DNA from: Rebecca billardiae RCC1528 | Taxonomy: Eukaryota; Protista; Haptophyta | Assembly: GCA_965240325.2 (NCBI GenBank) | Contig: OZ251230.1 | Coordinates: 2,666,001-2,730,000 of the forward strand | Length of the DNA: 64,000 nucleotides | Reading direction: 5' to 3' | Part shown: piece after piece, positions 12,223-22,071 of the stretch | How positions within the stretch are numbered: position 1 is the first letter of the stretch | Layout: each line of letters begins with the position of its first letter | Made by a program: the position numbers and the translations under genes | The notes under the pieces: generated by a model | Database searches by the model: none | What the model saw: only the letters and a program-made list of their open reading frames with translations | Told to the model about the DNA's origin: nothing

Positions 12223-13036
12223 TCGGGGTGGTAAGTGAGGTGCCGGTGCGCTGCCGTCCGTCGTGCGCGCTCCTCGCTCATCTCCACCTGCTTCGCTCGA
12301 GCGTGGGCGCGCTCGGCGCTGTCTGCCTCGCTCGCGCGCGAGCGCATTTTGGCGCTGGACGAGACTCGTGCGCATCCATGCTGCTTCTGCGTCCATCGGC
12401 AGCGTCCGGCGGCTGGGCGCACGGCGGGGCGGCGCCAGCGGGCGTGTGTCGGGCACGCTCCACGCTCCTCACCAGCTGCTGCGCGCTCGCGGGGGCGCGC
12501 TCAACAACACGCTCCTCACCAGCTGCTGCGCGCTTGCGGGGGCGCGCTCAACAACACCTTCTGCCCTTCGTCCGAGCTGGAGCGCATGTCGGCGGCGCGG
12601 GCAGTGAGCGCACACATGCTGCTTCGGAACGTCGGGGTGGTAAGCGAGGTGCCGGTGCGCTGCCGTCCGTCGGGCGCGCTCCTCGCTCATCTCCACCTGC
12701 TTCGCTCGAGCGTGGGCGCGCTCGGCGCTGTCTACCTCGCTCGCGCGCGAGCGCATTTTGGCGCTGGACGAGACTCGTGCGCATCCATGCTGCTTCTGCG
12801 TCCATCGGCAGCGTCCGGCGGCTGGGCGCACGGCGGGGCGGCGCCAGCGGGCGTGTGTCGGGCACGCTCCACGCTCCTCACCAGCTGCTGCGCGCTCGAG
12901 GGGGTGCGCTCAACAACACGCTCCTCACCAGCTGCTGCGCGCTCGCGGGGGCGCGCTCAACAACACCTTCTGCCCTTCGTCCGAGCTGGAGCGCATGTCG
13001 GCGGCGCGGGCAGTGAGCGCACACATGCTACTTCGG
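12223..13036. repeat. Tandem duplication, period 409 bp (12223-12627, 12632-13036), with degenerate flanking partial copies
   Basis: Near-identical copies starting tcggggtggtaagYgaggtgccggtgcgctg and ending cacatgctRcttcgg. Confidence 0.9.
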
Positions 13037-13357
13037 CGTCCCGTTCTCGGCCATCTGTTGGGCGGCCGGCGGGGCGGCGCGTGAGGTGTCGTTGCGCTGT
13101 CGTCCGTCGGGCACACTCGTCGCTCATCACCTTCTACTTCGCTTGAGCGGAACCGCGCGCTTCATCACCTTCGATCTGCCCCCCGCTCGAGCGAGCGCGC
13201 TTCTTCGGCGCGGGCCCCTCGGGGCGCAACAGCGGAGCCGCGCGCGCTCCGCGTGTTCGCGCTCGCCGCACGCCGCTGCCGCGCTGCAAGCACGCCGCCG
13301 CCACTCGCCGCCGCACGACTCACCCTTCTCTACAGCTCGCCGTCGCTCACTCGCGCG

Positions 13358-13451
13358 TCTATCTGTCTATCTATCTGTCTATCTATCTGTCTATCTGTCT
13401 ATCTGTCTATCTGTCTATCTGTCTATCTGTCTATCTGTCTATCTGTCTATC
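13358..13451. repeat. (TCTA/TCTG)n microsatellite
   Basis: tctatctgtctatctatctg... read directly. Confidence 0.95.
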
Positions 13452-13505
13452 CCTCGCGCGCGCGCCGATCATCATGCGCCGATCATCGTGTGCGCACCCT
13501 ATCTT

Positions 13506-14005
13506 CTCCGCGCGTCACTTGCGCCTATCTCATCTCCGCGCGTTACTTGCGCCTACTATCTACTTCTCCGCGCGTTACTTGCGCCTGTCTCCGCGCGTCA
13601 CTTGCGCCTATCTACTTCTCCGCGCGTTACTTGCGCCTACTATATCTACTTCCCCACGCGTTTCTTGCGCCTGTCTCCGCGCGTCACTTGTGCCTATACC
13701 TCCTCCGCGCGTTACTTGCGCCTATACTATCTACTTCTCCGCGCGTTACTTGCGCCTGTCTCCGCGCGTTACTTGCGCCTACTATATCTTCTCCGCGCGT
13801 TTACTTGCGCCTATCTTCTCCGCGCGTTACTTGCGCCTATGTCTCCGCGCGTTACTTGCGCCTACTATATCTTCTCCGCGCGTTACTTGCGCCTATCTTC
13901 TCCGCGCGTTACTTGCGCCTATCTCCTCCGCGCGTTACTTGCGCCTATGTCCTCCGCGCCTATCGTCTCCGCGCGCATCTTCTCCGCGCGTCACTCGCAC
14001 CTGTC
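13506..14005. repeat. Minisatellite, about 17 copies of CTCCGCGCGTYACTTGCGCCTR with short variable linkers
   Basis: 22-nt core repeated with linkers such as tctt, tctactt, ctatatctt, tgt. Confidence 0.92.
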
Positions 14006-14034
14006 TTCTCATGCGCGCGCGCCGATCATCATCA

Positions 14035-14365
14035 TGTGCGCGCGCCGATCATCACTTCGTGCTCAGCGTAACCATCGCATCATCATCCGGGTGCCGAGCG
14101 TGCCATCATCGCACACACCTTTCGGCGCGCTTACATGGGCGTACGTGGTGTCTGTGGCCGGGGCGTGGGGGACGACGTCGTCGGCGGGCTGGCGTTGATA
14201 CCCGCGCGCGCCGATCATCATTCGTGCTCCGCGCAACCATCATCATCATTCGGGTGCCGAGTGCGCCATCCTCGCGCGCACCTTTCGGCGCGCTTACATG
14301 GGTGTACGTGGTGTCTGTGGCCGGGGTGTCGGGGACGACGTTGTCGGCGGGCCGGCGTTGATACC
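14035..14365. repeat. Two tandem copies of a roughly 170-bp unit, with a degenerate third copy near 14975-15135
   Basis: gcgccgatcatca...cacctttcggcgcgcttacatgggYgtacgtggtgtctgtggccgggg...ggcgttgatacc occurs twice. Confidence 0.8.
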
Positions 14366-16031
14366 TGCGCCGCGTGGCGGCTCTGGCGGATGCAGCTCTC
14401 GCCGGTCGGCTGCCACTGCAGCGGGGCGCGCGCGCTGCTGGGCGTTTTCGGGCGCGAAAAGCGACGTGGCCCGCTGGCCACCTGCGGCGCTTTCACCTGG
14501 CCTTGGTCTTCCTCGCTCGTCACCTTCTGCGTCGCTCGAGCGCGGACGCGCTCATCATCGTCAATCACCTCCTGTCTATCGCTCGAACCGCTGCTTTCCG
14601 TTCCGTTCCGTTTCTACGCGCGTTCCTTTCCTCACGCCGAGCGTGCCTGGCCCTTCCCGCCACGCGCCACGCGTTCCTCTCCCATTCCTGTGCCATCTTC
14701 CTCACTCATCACCTCCTGCTTCGCTCGAGCGCTCGAACGTGGTCGCGTTCATCGTCAATCGCCTTGTGCCTCTCGCGCGAGCCGTTGCGGCGAATTCGTC
14801 ACGCGCGCGCATGGTCATGCGCGCGCGCCGATCATCGCGTGACGATCATCATGCGCGCGCACCGACCAGCGCCGATCATCATGCGCGCGCGCCGTCATGC
14901 GCGCGCGCCGAGTATCATGCGCCGTTTATCATGCGCGCGCTCCGATCCGCCCGCGCGTGCACCGCTCATCGTGCGCGCGCACCGATCGTCATTCGTGCGC
15001 CGCACGGCCATCACCATTCGCGCACCGTGCGCGTCACCTCGCACGCCCCTTTTCGGCGCGCTTTCACGGGCGCTCGTGCGGTCTGCAGGCGCGTGGTTGA
15101 CGACGTTGTCGGCAAGCCGACGTCGATACCTGCGCCTCATGTCGGCTCGGGTGTGTTCCGCGACGGCTCGGGCGCATGCGCTCTCGCCGGCCGGCGGCGG
15201 CGGCGGCAGTGCGCGCGTGCTGCTGGGCGGTTTCGTCGGGCAAGTGGACGGCGTGGCCTGCGGGTCACCTGCAGCGCTTCACCTGGCCTGTGCCGGCGCG
15301 CGACGACGGGCGGGTTACGCCAGTGGTCCTGTGGTCCGCCGGTCGCTGCGGGCTCTCGGCGACCTCTGGCAGGGGCTGAGCGCAGTGAGCGCTGGGGGGG
15401 AGGGGGGGGGGCACCCAGTCCGCCGCTCCGCGGCCTCACACCGGCGGCGTGCGGCGTGGTGGTGGGCAGGGCGCTGCGCCTCTGGGGGTCGGGGCCGGGC
15501 CTGGCCTCGGCCGCGCCGGCCGACGCCGGCCACGCCGGCGTGGCGCCTGGCGCTGCGCCTCTTTGGGCGGGCGCTGCCTCGCCGCCCTGCCCCCCCCCGT
15601 GGCGACTGGCGGCCCCAGGCAACCCCTGCATCCGCCTATCGTAAACACCGGATCGCCAGAAGGAGCGCGACGCGCGCGCGGTTATGGGGCGATGGCCGAC
15701 GCGACGGGAGTGGTGGGTTTGGCAGTCCGCGGCGGTTATCGCGTTATGACTGCCGCGTCGCTGCTCCGCCGCCGCCCGTGCCCCTCCCCGCTAGGTGGGC
15801 GTATACCTGGCCGGACGCGGGCTCGGCGCTCGCAGCGGCATCGCCGGAGTGACCGCACGGTGACGAGATGTGAGTCGGAAGCAGCTCGCCTTTGCGGCGC
15901 GGGTACCAAGCGGAAAGTGAGCGTACCTGCAGGCGGGCCGACCCTCGGCGTGACAGGCGCACCTTCGGGGCCGGTCAGGGCAGCCCACGTCGTGCAGCCG
16001 ACCGCTTCCGCCGCGACTGCCCCCCGGCGCA

Positions 16032-16525
16032 CCCTGCCCCGGCCGACGCCTGAGCACAGCGGCCCCGCCCGGGCCCGGGGCCCCCGGGCGGCAGGCCGCG
16101 GCGGCGCCGGCACACTCACGGACAGCCAGCGGCGCTCCTCCGCCTCCCGCCCGCCCTCCCTGGCGTGGGATCGCCGCGCTGGGGTGGGTGCGGCTTGAGT
16201 CAGCGTCCACGGGGGGGGCGATGTGCTGCCGGGCGGGCGCTGCCTCGCCGCCCTGCCCCCCCCGTGGCGACTGGCGGCCCTGCCCCGGCCGACGCCTGAG
16301 CACAGCGGCCCCGCCCGGGCCCGGGGCCCCCGGGCGGCAGGCCGCGGCGGCGCCGGCACACTCACGGACAGCCAGCGGCGCTCCTCCGCCTCCCGCCCGC
16401 CCTCCCTGGCGTGGGATCGCCGCGCTGGGGTGGGTGCGGCTTGAGTCAGCGTCCACGGGGGGGGCGATGTGCTGCCGGGCGGGCGCTGCCTCGCCGCCCT
16501 GCCCCCCCCCGTGGCGACTGGCGGC
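16032..16525. repeat. 246-bp tandem duplication within the right end of the split-repeat element
   Basis: 16032-16277 is repeated from 16278, with CCC microhomology at the junction. Confidence 0.9.
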
Positions 16526-16650
16526 CCCAGGCAACCCCTGCATCCGCCTATCGTAAACACCGGATCGCCAGAAGGAGCGCGACGCGCGCATGCAAAGTAG
16601 TACTACTCGTCGCCGGCCGGCATCGTGCGGCGCGCACGCGCTCGCGCGCG

Positions 16651-17657
16651 ATGACGTTCAAGATGGGGCTGAAGCGCGGCGGCTCCAAGGGCGGGCGGGC
16701 GCCGTCGTCGGCGGTCTCTGCGCTCTTCGCCGCCGCCGAGCCCGACGAGGCGCCCCCCGCGGCCGCGCCCGCCGCCGCCGTCGTGCCGCCGCCTCCGCCG
16801 CCGCCGCCAGCCGCCGCCGCCGCCGCCGCCGCCGCGCCCGCGCCCGCGCCCAAGCGGCCGCGCGGCGAGTACCGCTTCGGCCACCGGTACGTGCGCGCGA
16901 AGCTCGTGCCCATCCCGCCCTCCGACGCGCGGCCGCTCCCCTCCGTCGACAGCCTCGAGCGCATCGGCGACCTCGGGCGCGGCGCGACCGCGCGCGTCTT
17001 CCGCGCGCGCGAGCGCGGCACCGGCCGCGTCTTCGCGCTCAAGGCGTTCCGCGCGCTGTCGGCGTCGGCGGCGGGCGCGGCGGGGGAGGAGGGCGCGGGG
17101 CTCGGCGGGCTCCCGCTCGAGGTGCTGCGCGAGCTCCTCCTGCTGCGCAGCCTCCGCCACCCCAACGTTGTGCGCGCGCACGGCGTGTTTGTCGGAGAAG
17201 CGCGTGGCGGCGGCGGCGGCGAGGGCGGCGGGGGCGTCTTCCTCGCGATGGAGTCGGTGGAGTACGACCTCGGGCTGCTGATCGAGCACATGCCGCACCC
17301 GTTCAGCGAGGGCCAGGCCAAGTGCCTCTGCATGCAGCTGCTCTGCGCGCTCAGCGGTGCGGCGCGCGCCGCCCGCCGCGCGCGCGCGAGAGCGTGCGCT
17401 GGCTGCGCTGCACAGGGTATAGGGTTAGGGTTAGGGTTAGGGCGCTGGCTGGCTGCTGCGCCGCGCCGCGCGCCGCGCCCACGGCACGCGCCGCCCGACG
17501 CCGCTGCCACCACCCCCCCCTCCCCTGCGCGCGCGGGCAGCCCTGCACGCGCACGGGATCGTGCACCGCGACCTGAAGCAGACCAACCTGCTGCTCAGCA
17601 AGGCCGGTGTCCTCAAGCTCGCCGATTTCGGACTTGCGCGCCGCATGCCGGCCGGTA

Positions 17658-17694
<37 letters not shown>

Positions 17695-18577
17695 GCCGAG
17701 CGGCGCGGCGGCGGCGCGCGCGCAGCTCACGCCGGACGTGGTGTCGCACTGGTACAGGGCGCCCGAGCTGCTCCTCGGCTCGCGCGCGTACGCGCCGGAG
17801 GGGTGCGTGGGGTGCGTAGACGTGTGGAGCGCCGGCGTGCTGCTGGCCGAGTGGCTGAAGTCCGGGCAGCCGCTGTTCCCCGGACATTCGGAGCTGGAGC
17901 AGCTGGGCCTGATCTTCGCGACGCTGGGCGCGCCCACGCGCGCGTCGTGGCCCGCGCTCTTCGAGGCGGCGGAGGCGGCGGACGGCGGGGACGCCGCGGC
18001 GGCGCGGCTGCCGCGCGCGCGCGCCGTGCCGCTGCCAGTAGGCCCAACGATGGAAGCGCTAGACCCGATGAGCGGCGCGAGCGTGCGCGTGCCGCGCTCG
18101 GCGCTGCGCCGGGCGTTCCCGATCCGCGGGTACGACCCGGCTCTCCCGGGCACGGCGGCGCTGCGCACGACGGCGCTGAGCAACGCGGGCTTCGCGCTGC
18201 TCGCGGGCTGCCTCGAGGTCAACCCGGCGCGCCGGCCGAGCGCGCGCGCCGCGCTCGACTGCCGATGGTTCGACGAGGCGCCGGCGCAGGAGCCGCTCGG
18301 CCGGTTCGAGCTGCGCTCGCTGCAGCGCGCGCGCGCGGGCGCGCTCGCGTCGGGCGCGCACGAGCGCGCGCTCGCGCACTCGCACGCGCAGCGCGTGGCG
18401 GTCGCGGCCGCGCAGCAGTACGCGGTGGCGGCGTCGGCCGCGGGCGCCGCGGCGGCCGCGGCGGCGGCGGCGGCGGCGGCGGCGCAGCATCAGCAGCAGC
18501 AGCAGCAGCAGCAGCTGGCCGCGCTGCCTGCGGCGCCCGCCCCGCCGCCAGGCTCGGCCTCGGGCTGGCCGCGCTGA
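16651..18577 (+). CDS. Cyclin-dependent kinase, CDK10/CDK11-like; predicted exons 16651-17356, 17541-18577
   Basis: VFALK, PLEVLRE at the PSTAIRE position, [28 protein letters not shown] (resembles CDK10/11), [51 protein letters not shown]. Intron 17357-17540 joins the two ORFs in frame. Confidence 0.9.
17414..17442. repeat. Interstitial telomere-type repeat (TTAGGG, 3-4 units) in the CDK intron
   Basis: agggtatagggttagggttagggttaggg; G-rich strand is the sense strand here. Confidence 0.93.
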
Positions 18578-19152
18578 CGACCCCGGTGGGGGGGCGGCCC
18601 CGCCGTGACGGGGCCCTTGAGCCCGGCGTCGGACCCTGTTACTGTCAAGCAACTGTCACGTCTTGCCGTTACATGAGACATGACTCATATGCGTGCCAAC
18701 TGACAACTGTTGATCCCGGGTGCGCGCACCTGATCAGCTGCGGCACTGCCAGCGGAAATCTCGGCTGCGATCTCGGCACTTCGCCAGCGCGTTTCGTCAA
18801 TCAACAACACCTGAAATTGGGGCGGCGCGGACGTCTTTGGCCGAGGTTGGCGCCCGCCCGGCGTCTCGCCGTCTCGAAGCGGGACAAGTCGCGCCGTCCG
18901 CCCACTTGCGCAGCGCAGCCTCCCAGGCGCCGCCCCTCCGCCGCACGTCCGCCGAGCAAGCCCGCAGCGCCAGCGCGCGGCCTCCGCCGACGTCCCCGCA
19001 CCCCCGCCGAGCAGCCAGCAGCCCCAGCGCGCGGCTCCATCGGCCCAGCACGCAGCCGCATCCGCCTGCGCCCCCCGCACCCTCCCCCCCCCCCCACCCG
19101 CCCGCCCGCCCACCCACCGACCGCCGCCGCCGCCGCCGCCGCCGCCGTCCCG

Positions 19153-21618
19153 ATGGCGCCGACCGTGCTCAAGCTCGTGTGCGGCAAGGAGATCCGGCGC
19201 ACGACGCTGGCGGAGGGCTCGCTCACGTGGCCCACCGTGGTCAAGCGCGCGAGCGAGCTGCTCGGCGTCGACGCGACCAAGATGAGCGTTACCTACAAGG
19301 ACGACGAGGGCGATCTCGTCACAATCTCGAGCACCGAGGAGCTGGTCGAGGCGGCGGCGCTCGCGGCGCAGGCGAGCCCGCCGCTGCTGCGGCTCACGCT
19401 GGCGCACCGCGCGCCGGGCGGCGGCGCGCAGCCCGGCGACTCGGCCGCCGTCGAGCTGCCGGACGCTAACTCGGTCCTCGCCGCGATCGCGGCCGAGCTG
19501 CCCGTTCTGCGCCCGATCGTGCGGCGGCTGCAGCACGGCCTCGCGGCGGCGCGCGGCGAGGGCTCGGCGCCGCCGGGCGGGCGCGGCGCGGCCCCGCCGT
19601 TCGGCCCGCCGGGGCACCCGCACGGCCCGCCCGGCGCGTGGATGCGCGGCTTCCACCAGCACCACCCGAACGCGCACGGCCACGGCCACGGCCATTACCC
19701 GCATTACCCGCATTGCCCGCCGCCGCACCCGCAGCCGCCGCCCCACCAGCTGGGGCACCCGCCGCCGCACCCGCCGCCGCACCCGCCGAGCGCCGACGGC
19801 GGCGGCTCCGCGGGCGCCGACGCCCCCCCGAGCGCGGCCGAGGGCGGCGCGGGCCTTGGCGTGCACCCGCTCCACACGTGCGACGGCTGCGACGCGTCGC
19901 CCATCCGCGGACTGCGGTACCACTCGAACGTGGCGGCCAACTACGACCTGTGCGCGGCGTGCTACGGCGCGGCGCTGGGCTGCGCGGCGGACGAGCCCGC
20001 GCGCGCCGCGCTCGCCGCGCAGTACTCGCCCGTGCGCCCGCCGCCCGCGGGGCCGGCCGCGCCGTGGCGGCGCGGCTGCCGCGGCGGCGGCGGCGGCGGC
20101 GGCGAGCGCTGCGCCGCCGGCTCGAGCAAGTTCGGCGCGCGGTTCATCCGCGACGTGACCGTGTTCGACGGGACGGAGGTCTCGCCCGGCGCGGCGCTCA
20201 CCAAGATCTGGCGCCTGCGCAACGAGGGCGAGCAGCCCTGGCGGCCGGGCACCAAGCTGGTCTTCTGCGGCGGCGACGCGCTGGGCGCGGAAGACTCTGC
20301 CGAGCTGCCCAACCGCGGTGTGGTGCAGCCCGGGGAGGAGGTGGACGTGGCGGTGGACCTGGTGGCGCCCGTCACGCTCGGGCGGTACGTGTCGTACTGG
20401 CGGCTCGCCGGGCCGATGGGCCGGCGCTTCGGCCAGCGCGTCTGGGTCAACGTCACCGTCGTCGACCCCGCCACGCCGCCCGGCGCGGACGTGCCGGCGG
20501 CGGAGGGCGCGCCCGCCGCGCCGGTCGACGCGGATCACGGCGGCGCGGACGACGACGACGAGCGCGCGCCGCCCGCCGCGGAGGACGACGGCGCCGCCGG
20601 GCTCCCCGCCCTCCTCGCCACCATCGCGCGCCACGCCGCCGCCGCCGTCGACGAGTCGGCGCGCGAGGCGGCGGCGGCCGCGCGGCAGCCGCCGCAGCCG
20701 CAGCCGCAGCCGCAGCCGCAGCCGCAGCCGCAGCCGCAGCCGCAGCCGCAGCCGACGGCGGCGGCGGCGGCGGCGCGCGGCGGCTCGTCGTCCTCGTCCG
20801 ACGAGCCCGTCACGCCCGCCGTCACGCCCACCCCCGAGCGCGCCACCGCCACACCCGCCGCGCCGCCGCGCCTCTCCTTCCCCGTCGAGGTCGCCGACGG
20901 CCGCCGGCTGAGCCTCAGCTGGGCGCAGGGTGCGGAGCCGGCGCCGGTGGCGCGCGCGTTCGCGGCCGCGCACGGGCTGGGCAAGGCGGACGAGAAGGAC
21001 GTGGTCGCGTTCATCGGGCACGCGGAGGACCTGCTCCGCGCGCAGGCCGCGGCGAGCGCCAAGCAGCAGCCGCAGCCGGCGGCCGCCGACGCGCCGCCGC
21101 CCGCCGCCGGAGCCAAGAGCGCCGCCGCCGAGCCCGCCGCCGCCGCCGCCGCCGCCTCCGCGCCGCCGCCGCCGCCACTCGCGGCGACGACGCCGGCCGC
21201 CGACGCGGCGGCGTCGCGCGCGGCGGGCAAGGCGCCCGCGTCCGCGCCCGCCGCCTCGCCCTCCTCCTCCCCGCCGCCCGAGCAGCTCGCCGCCCTCGGC
21301 GCGCTGCGCGCCATGGGCTTCGGCACCGCCGCCGCTGACGCGCCGCTCCTGTCGGCTGTCGTCGCAAACAACGGCGGCGACATTGCGAAGTGCGTCGCGG
21401 ATTTGGCGCAGCTGGCGGAGTGGGACACGCTGGTGGCGGACCTCGCGTCGATGGGCTTCGAGGACCCCACCGCCGCCAAGGCCGCGCTCCTCTCCTCCAA
21501 GGGCGACGTCAAGCGCGCCGTGCGCACGCTCGTCGGCACGGCGCAGCCGCCGCCGTCCGCGCAGGCCGGCGCCGCCGCCGACGGCGGCGCGGCCGCGGCG
21601 GCGCAGCCGCAGCAGTAG
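19153..21618 (+). CDS. NBR1: NBR1-like selective autophagy receptor (PB1-ZZ-FW-UBA-LIR-UBA)
   Basis: PB1 (LKLVCGKEIRR...YKDDEGDLVTISSTEEL), ZZ finger (CDGCDASPIRGLRY...YDLCAAC), FW domain (ARFIRDVTVFDGT...KIWRLRNEG...GRYVSYWRL..GQRVW), and two UBA-like repeats (LRAMGF, LASMGF) flanking WDTL. Confidence 0.92.
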   Translation: MAPTVLKLVCGKEIRRTTLAEGSLTWPTVVKRASELLGVDATKMSVTYKDDEGDLVTISSTEELVEAAALAAQASPPLLRLTLAHRAPGGGAQPGDSAAVELPDANSVLAAIAAELPVLRPIVRRLQHGLAAARGEGSAPPGGRGAAPPFGPPGHPHGPPGAWMRGFHQHHPNAHGHGHGHYPHYPHCPPPHPQPPPHQLGHPPPHPPPHPPSADGGGSAGADAPPSAAEGGAGLGVHPLHTCDGCDASPIRGLRYHSNVAANYDLCAACYGAALGCAADEPARAALAAQYSPVRPPPAGPAAPWRRGCRGGGGGGGERCAAGSSKFGARFIRDVTVFDGTEVSPGAALTKIWRLRNEGEQPWRPGTKLVFCGGDALGAEDSAELPNRGVVQPGEEVDVAVDLVAPVTLGRYVSYWRLAGPMGRRFGQRVWVNVTVVDPATPPGADVPAAEGAPAAPVDADHGGADDDDERAPPAAEDDGAAGLPALLATIARHAAAAVDESAREAAAAARQPPQPQPQPQPQPQPQPQPQPQPTAAAAAARGGSSSSSDEPVTPAVTPTPERATATPAAPPRLSFPVEVADGRRLSLSWAQGAEPAPVARAFAAAHGLGKADEKDVVAFIGHAEDLLRAQAAASAKQQPQPAAADAPPPAAGAKSAAAEPAAAAAAASAPPPPPLAATTPAADAAASRAAGKAPASAPAASPSSSPPPEQLAALGALRAMGFGTAAADAPLLSAVVANNGGDIAKCVADLAQLAEWDTLVADLASMGFEDPTAAKAALLSSKGDVKRAVRTLVGTAQPPPSAQAGAAADGGAAAAAQPQQ

Positions 21619-21640
21619 GCGCGCGCAGGCCGCGCGGCCG

Positions 21641-21831
21641 CGCGCGCGCGGCCGCGCCCGCGTCGGCCGCGCGCGCCCCGCGCGCCGCGCCGCGCTGCGC
21701 GAGCACGCGCGCGCGCGCGCGGCTCGCGCGCCCGACCCGGGCGCGTGAGCTGCGCGCGCGAGCGCGCGCGCGCGCGGCGCGGCGCGGCGCGCGGGGCGCG
21801 CGCGGCCGACGCGGGCGCGGCCGCGCGCGCG
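21641..21831. repeat. Inverted repeat with 55-bp perfect arms (21641-21695 / 21777-21831)
   Basis: Arm 2 is the exact reverse complement of arm 1; imperfect pairing extends to roughly 21575-21890. Confidence 0.88.
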
Positions 21832-22071
21832 GAGCGCCGCGCGCCGCGCACGCCTGCTGCTGCTGCCGCCGCCGCCGGCGCCGTCGGCGACGGCGGTGGC
21901 GCGCGGGCGAGCACGCACAAGACGCACACGCACGCCATGTGATCGGGATCGGGAGGGGCGACGGCCGCTGCCGCCGCCGCCAGCCGCCGCCGCCGCCGCC
22001 CTCGCCGCCGCGGCCGCGGCCGGCGCGGGCGCGCGCGCCCGCGCCGGCCGCGGCGGCGGTGCGCGGCGGCG

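Larger units (their letters stand above)
11460..16589. mobile_element. Putative non-autonomous tyrosine-recombinase-type retroelement with split direct repeats (A1...B1-A2-C-B2)
   Basis: A1 11460-11922 matches A2 15685-16147 (463 bp); B1 15565-15677 matches B2 16477-16589 (113 bp). The interior is tandem repeats with no recognisable coding domain; no target-site duplication seen. Confidence 0.65.

Noticed and set aside
13506-14005. CRISPR-like repeat-spacer appearance
   Set aside because: Linkers are only about 1-12 nt, low-complexity and recurrent rather than unique; no cas genes; eukaryotic context.
13086-14361. Repetitive ORFs (SPRVTCAY / LLRALLAP / SARYLRL)
   Set aside because: All three frames are open only because the minisatellite strand lacks stops; no evidence of coding.
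11460-16147. Ordinary LTR retrotransposon with 463-bp LTRs
   Set aside because: No TG...CA ends, primer-binding site, polypurine tract or target-site duplication seen, and the B repeats flanking A2 fit split direct repeats better.
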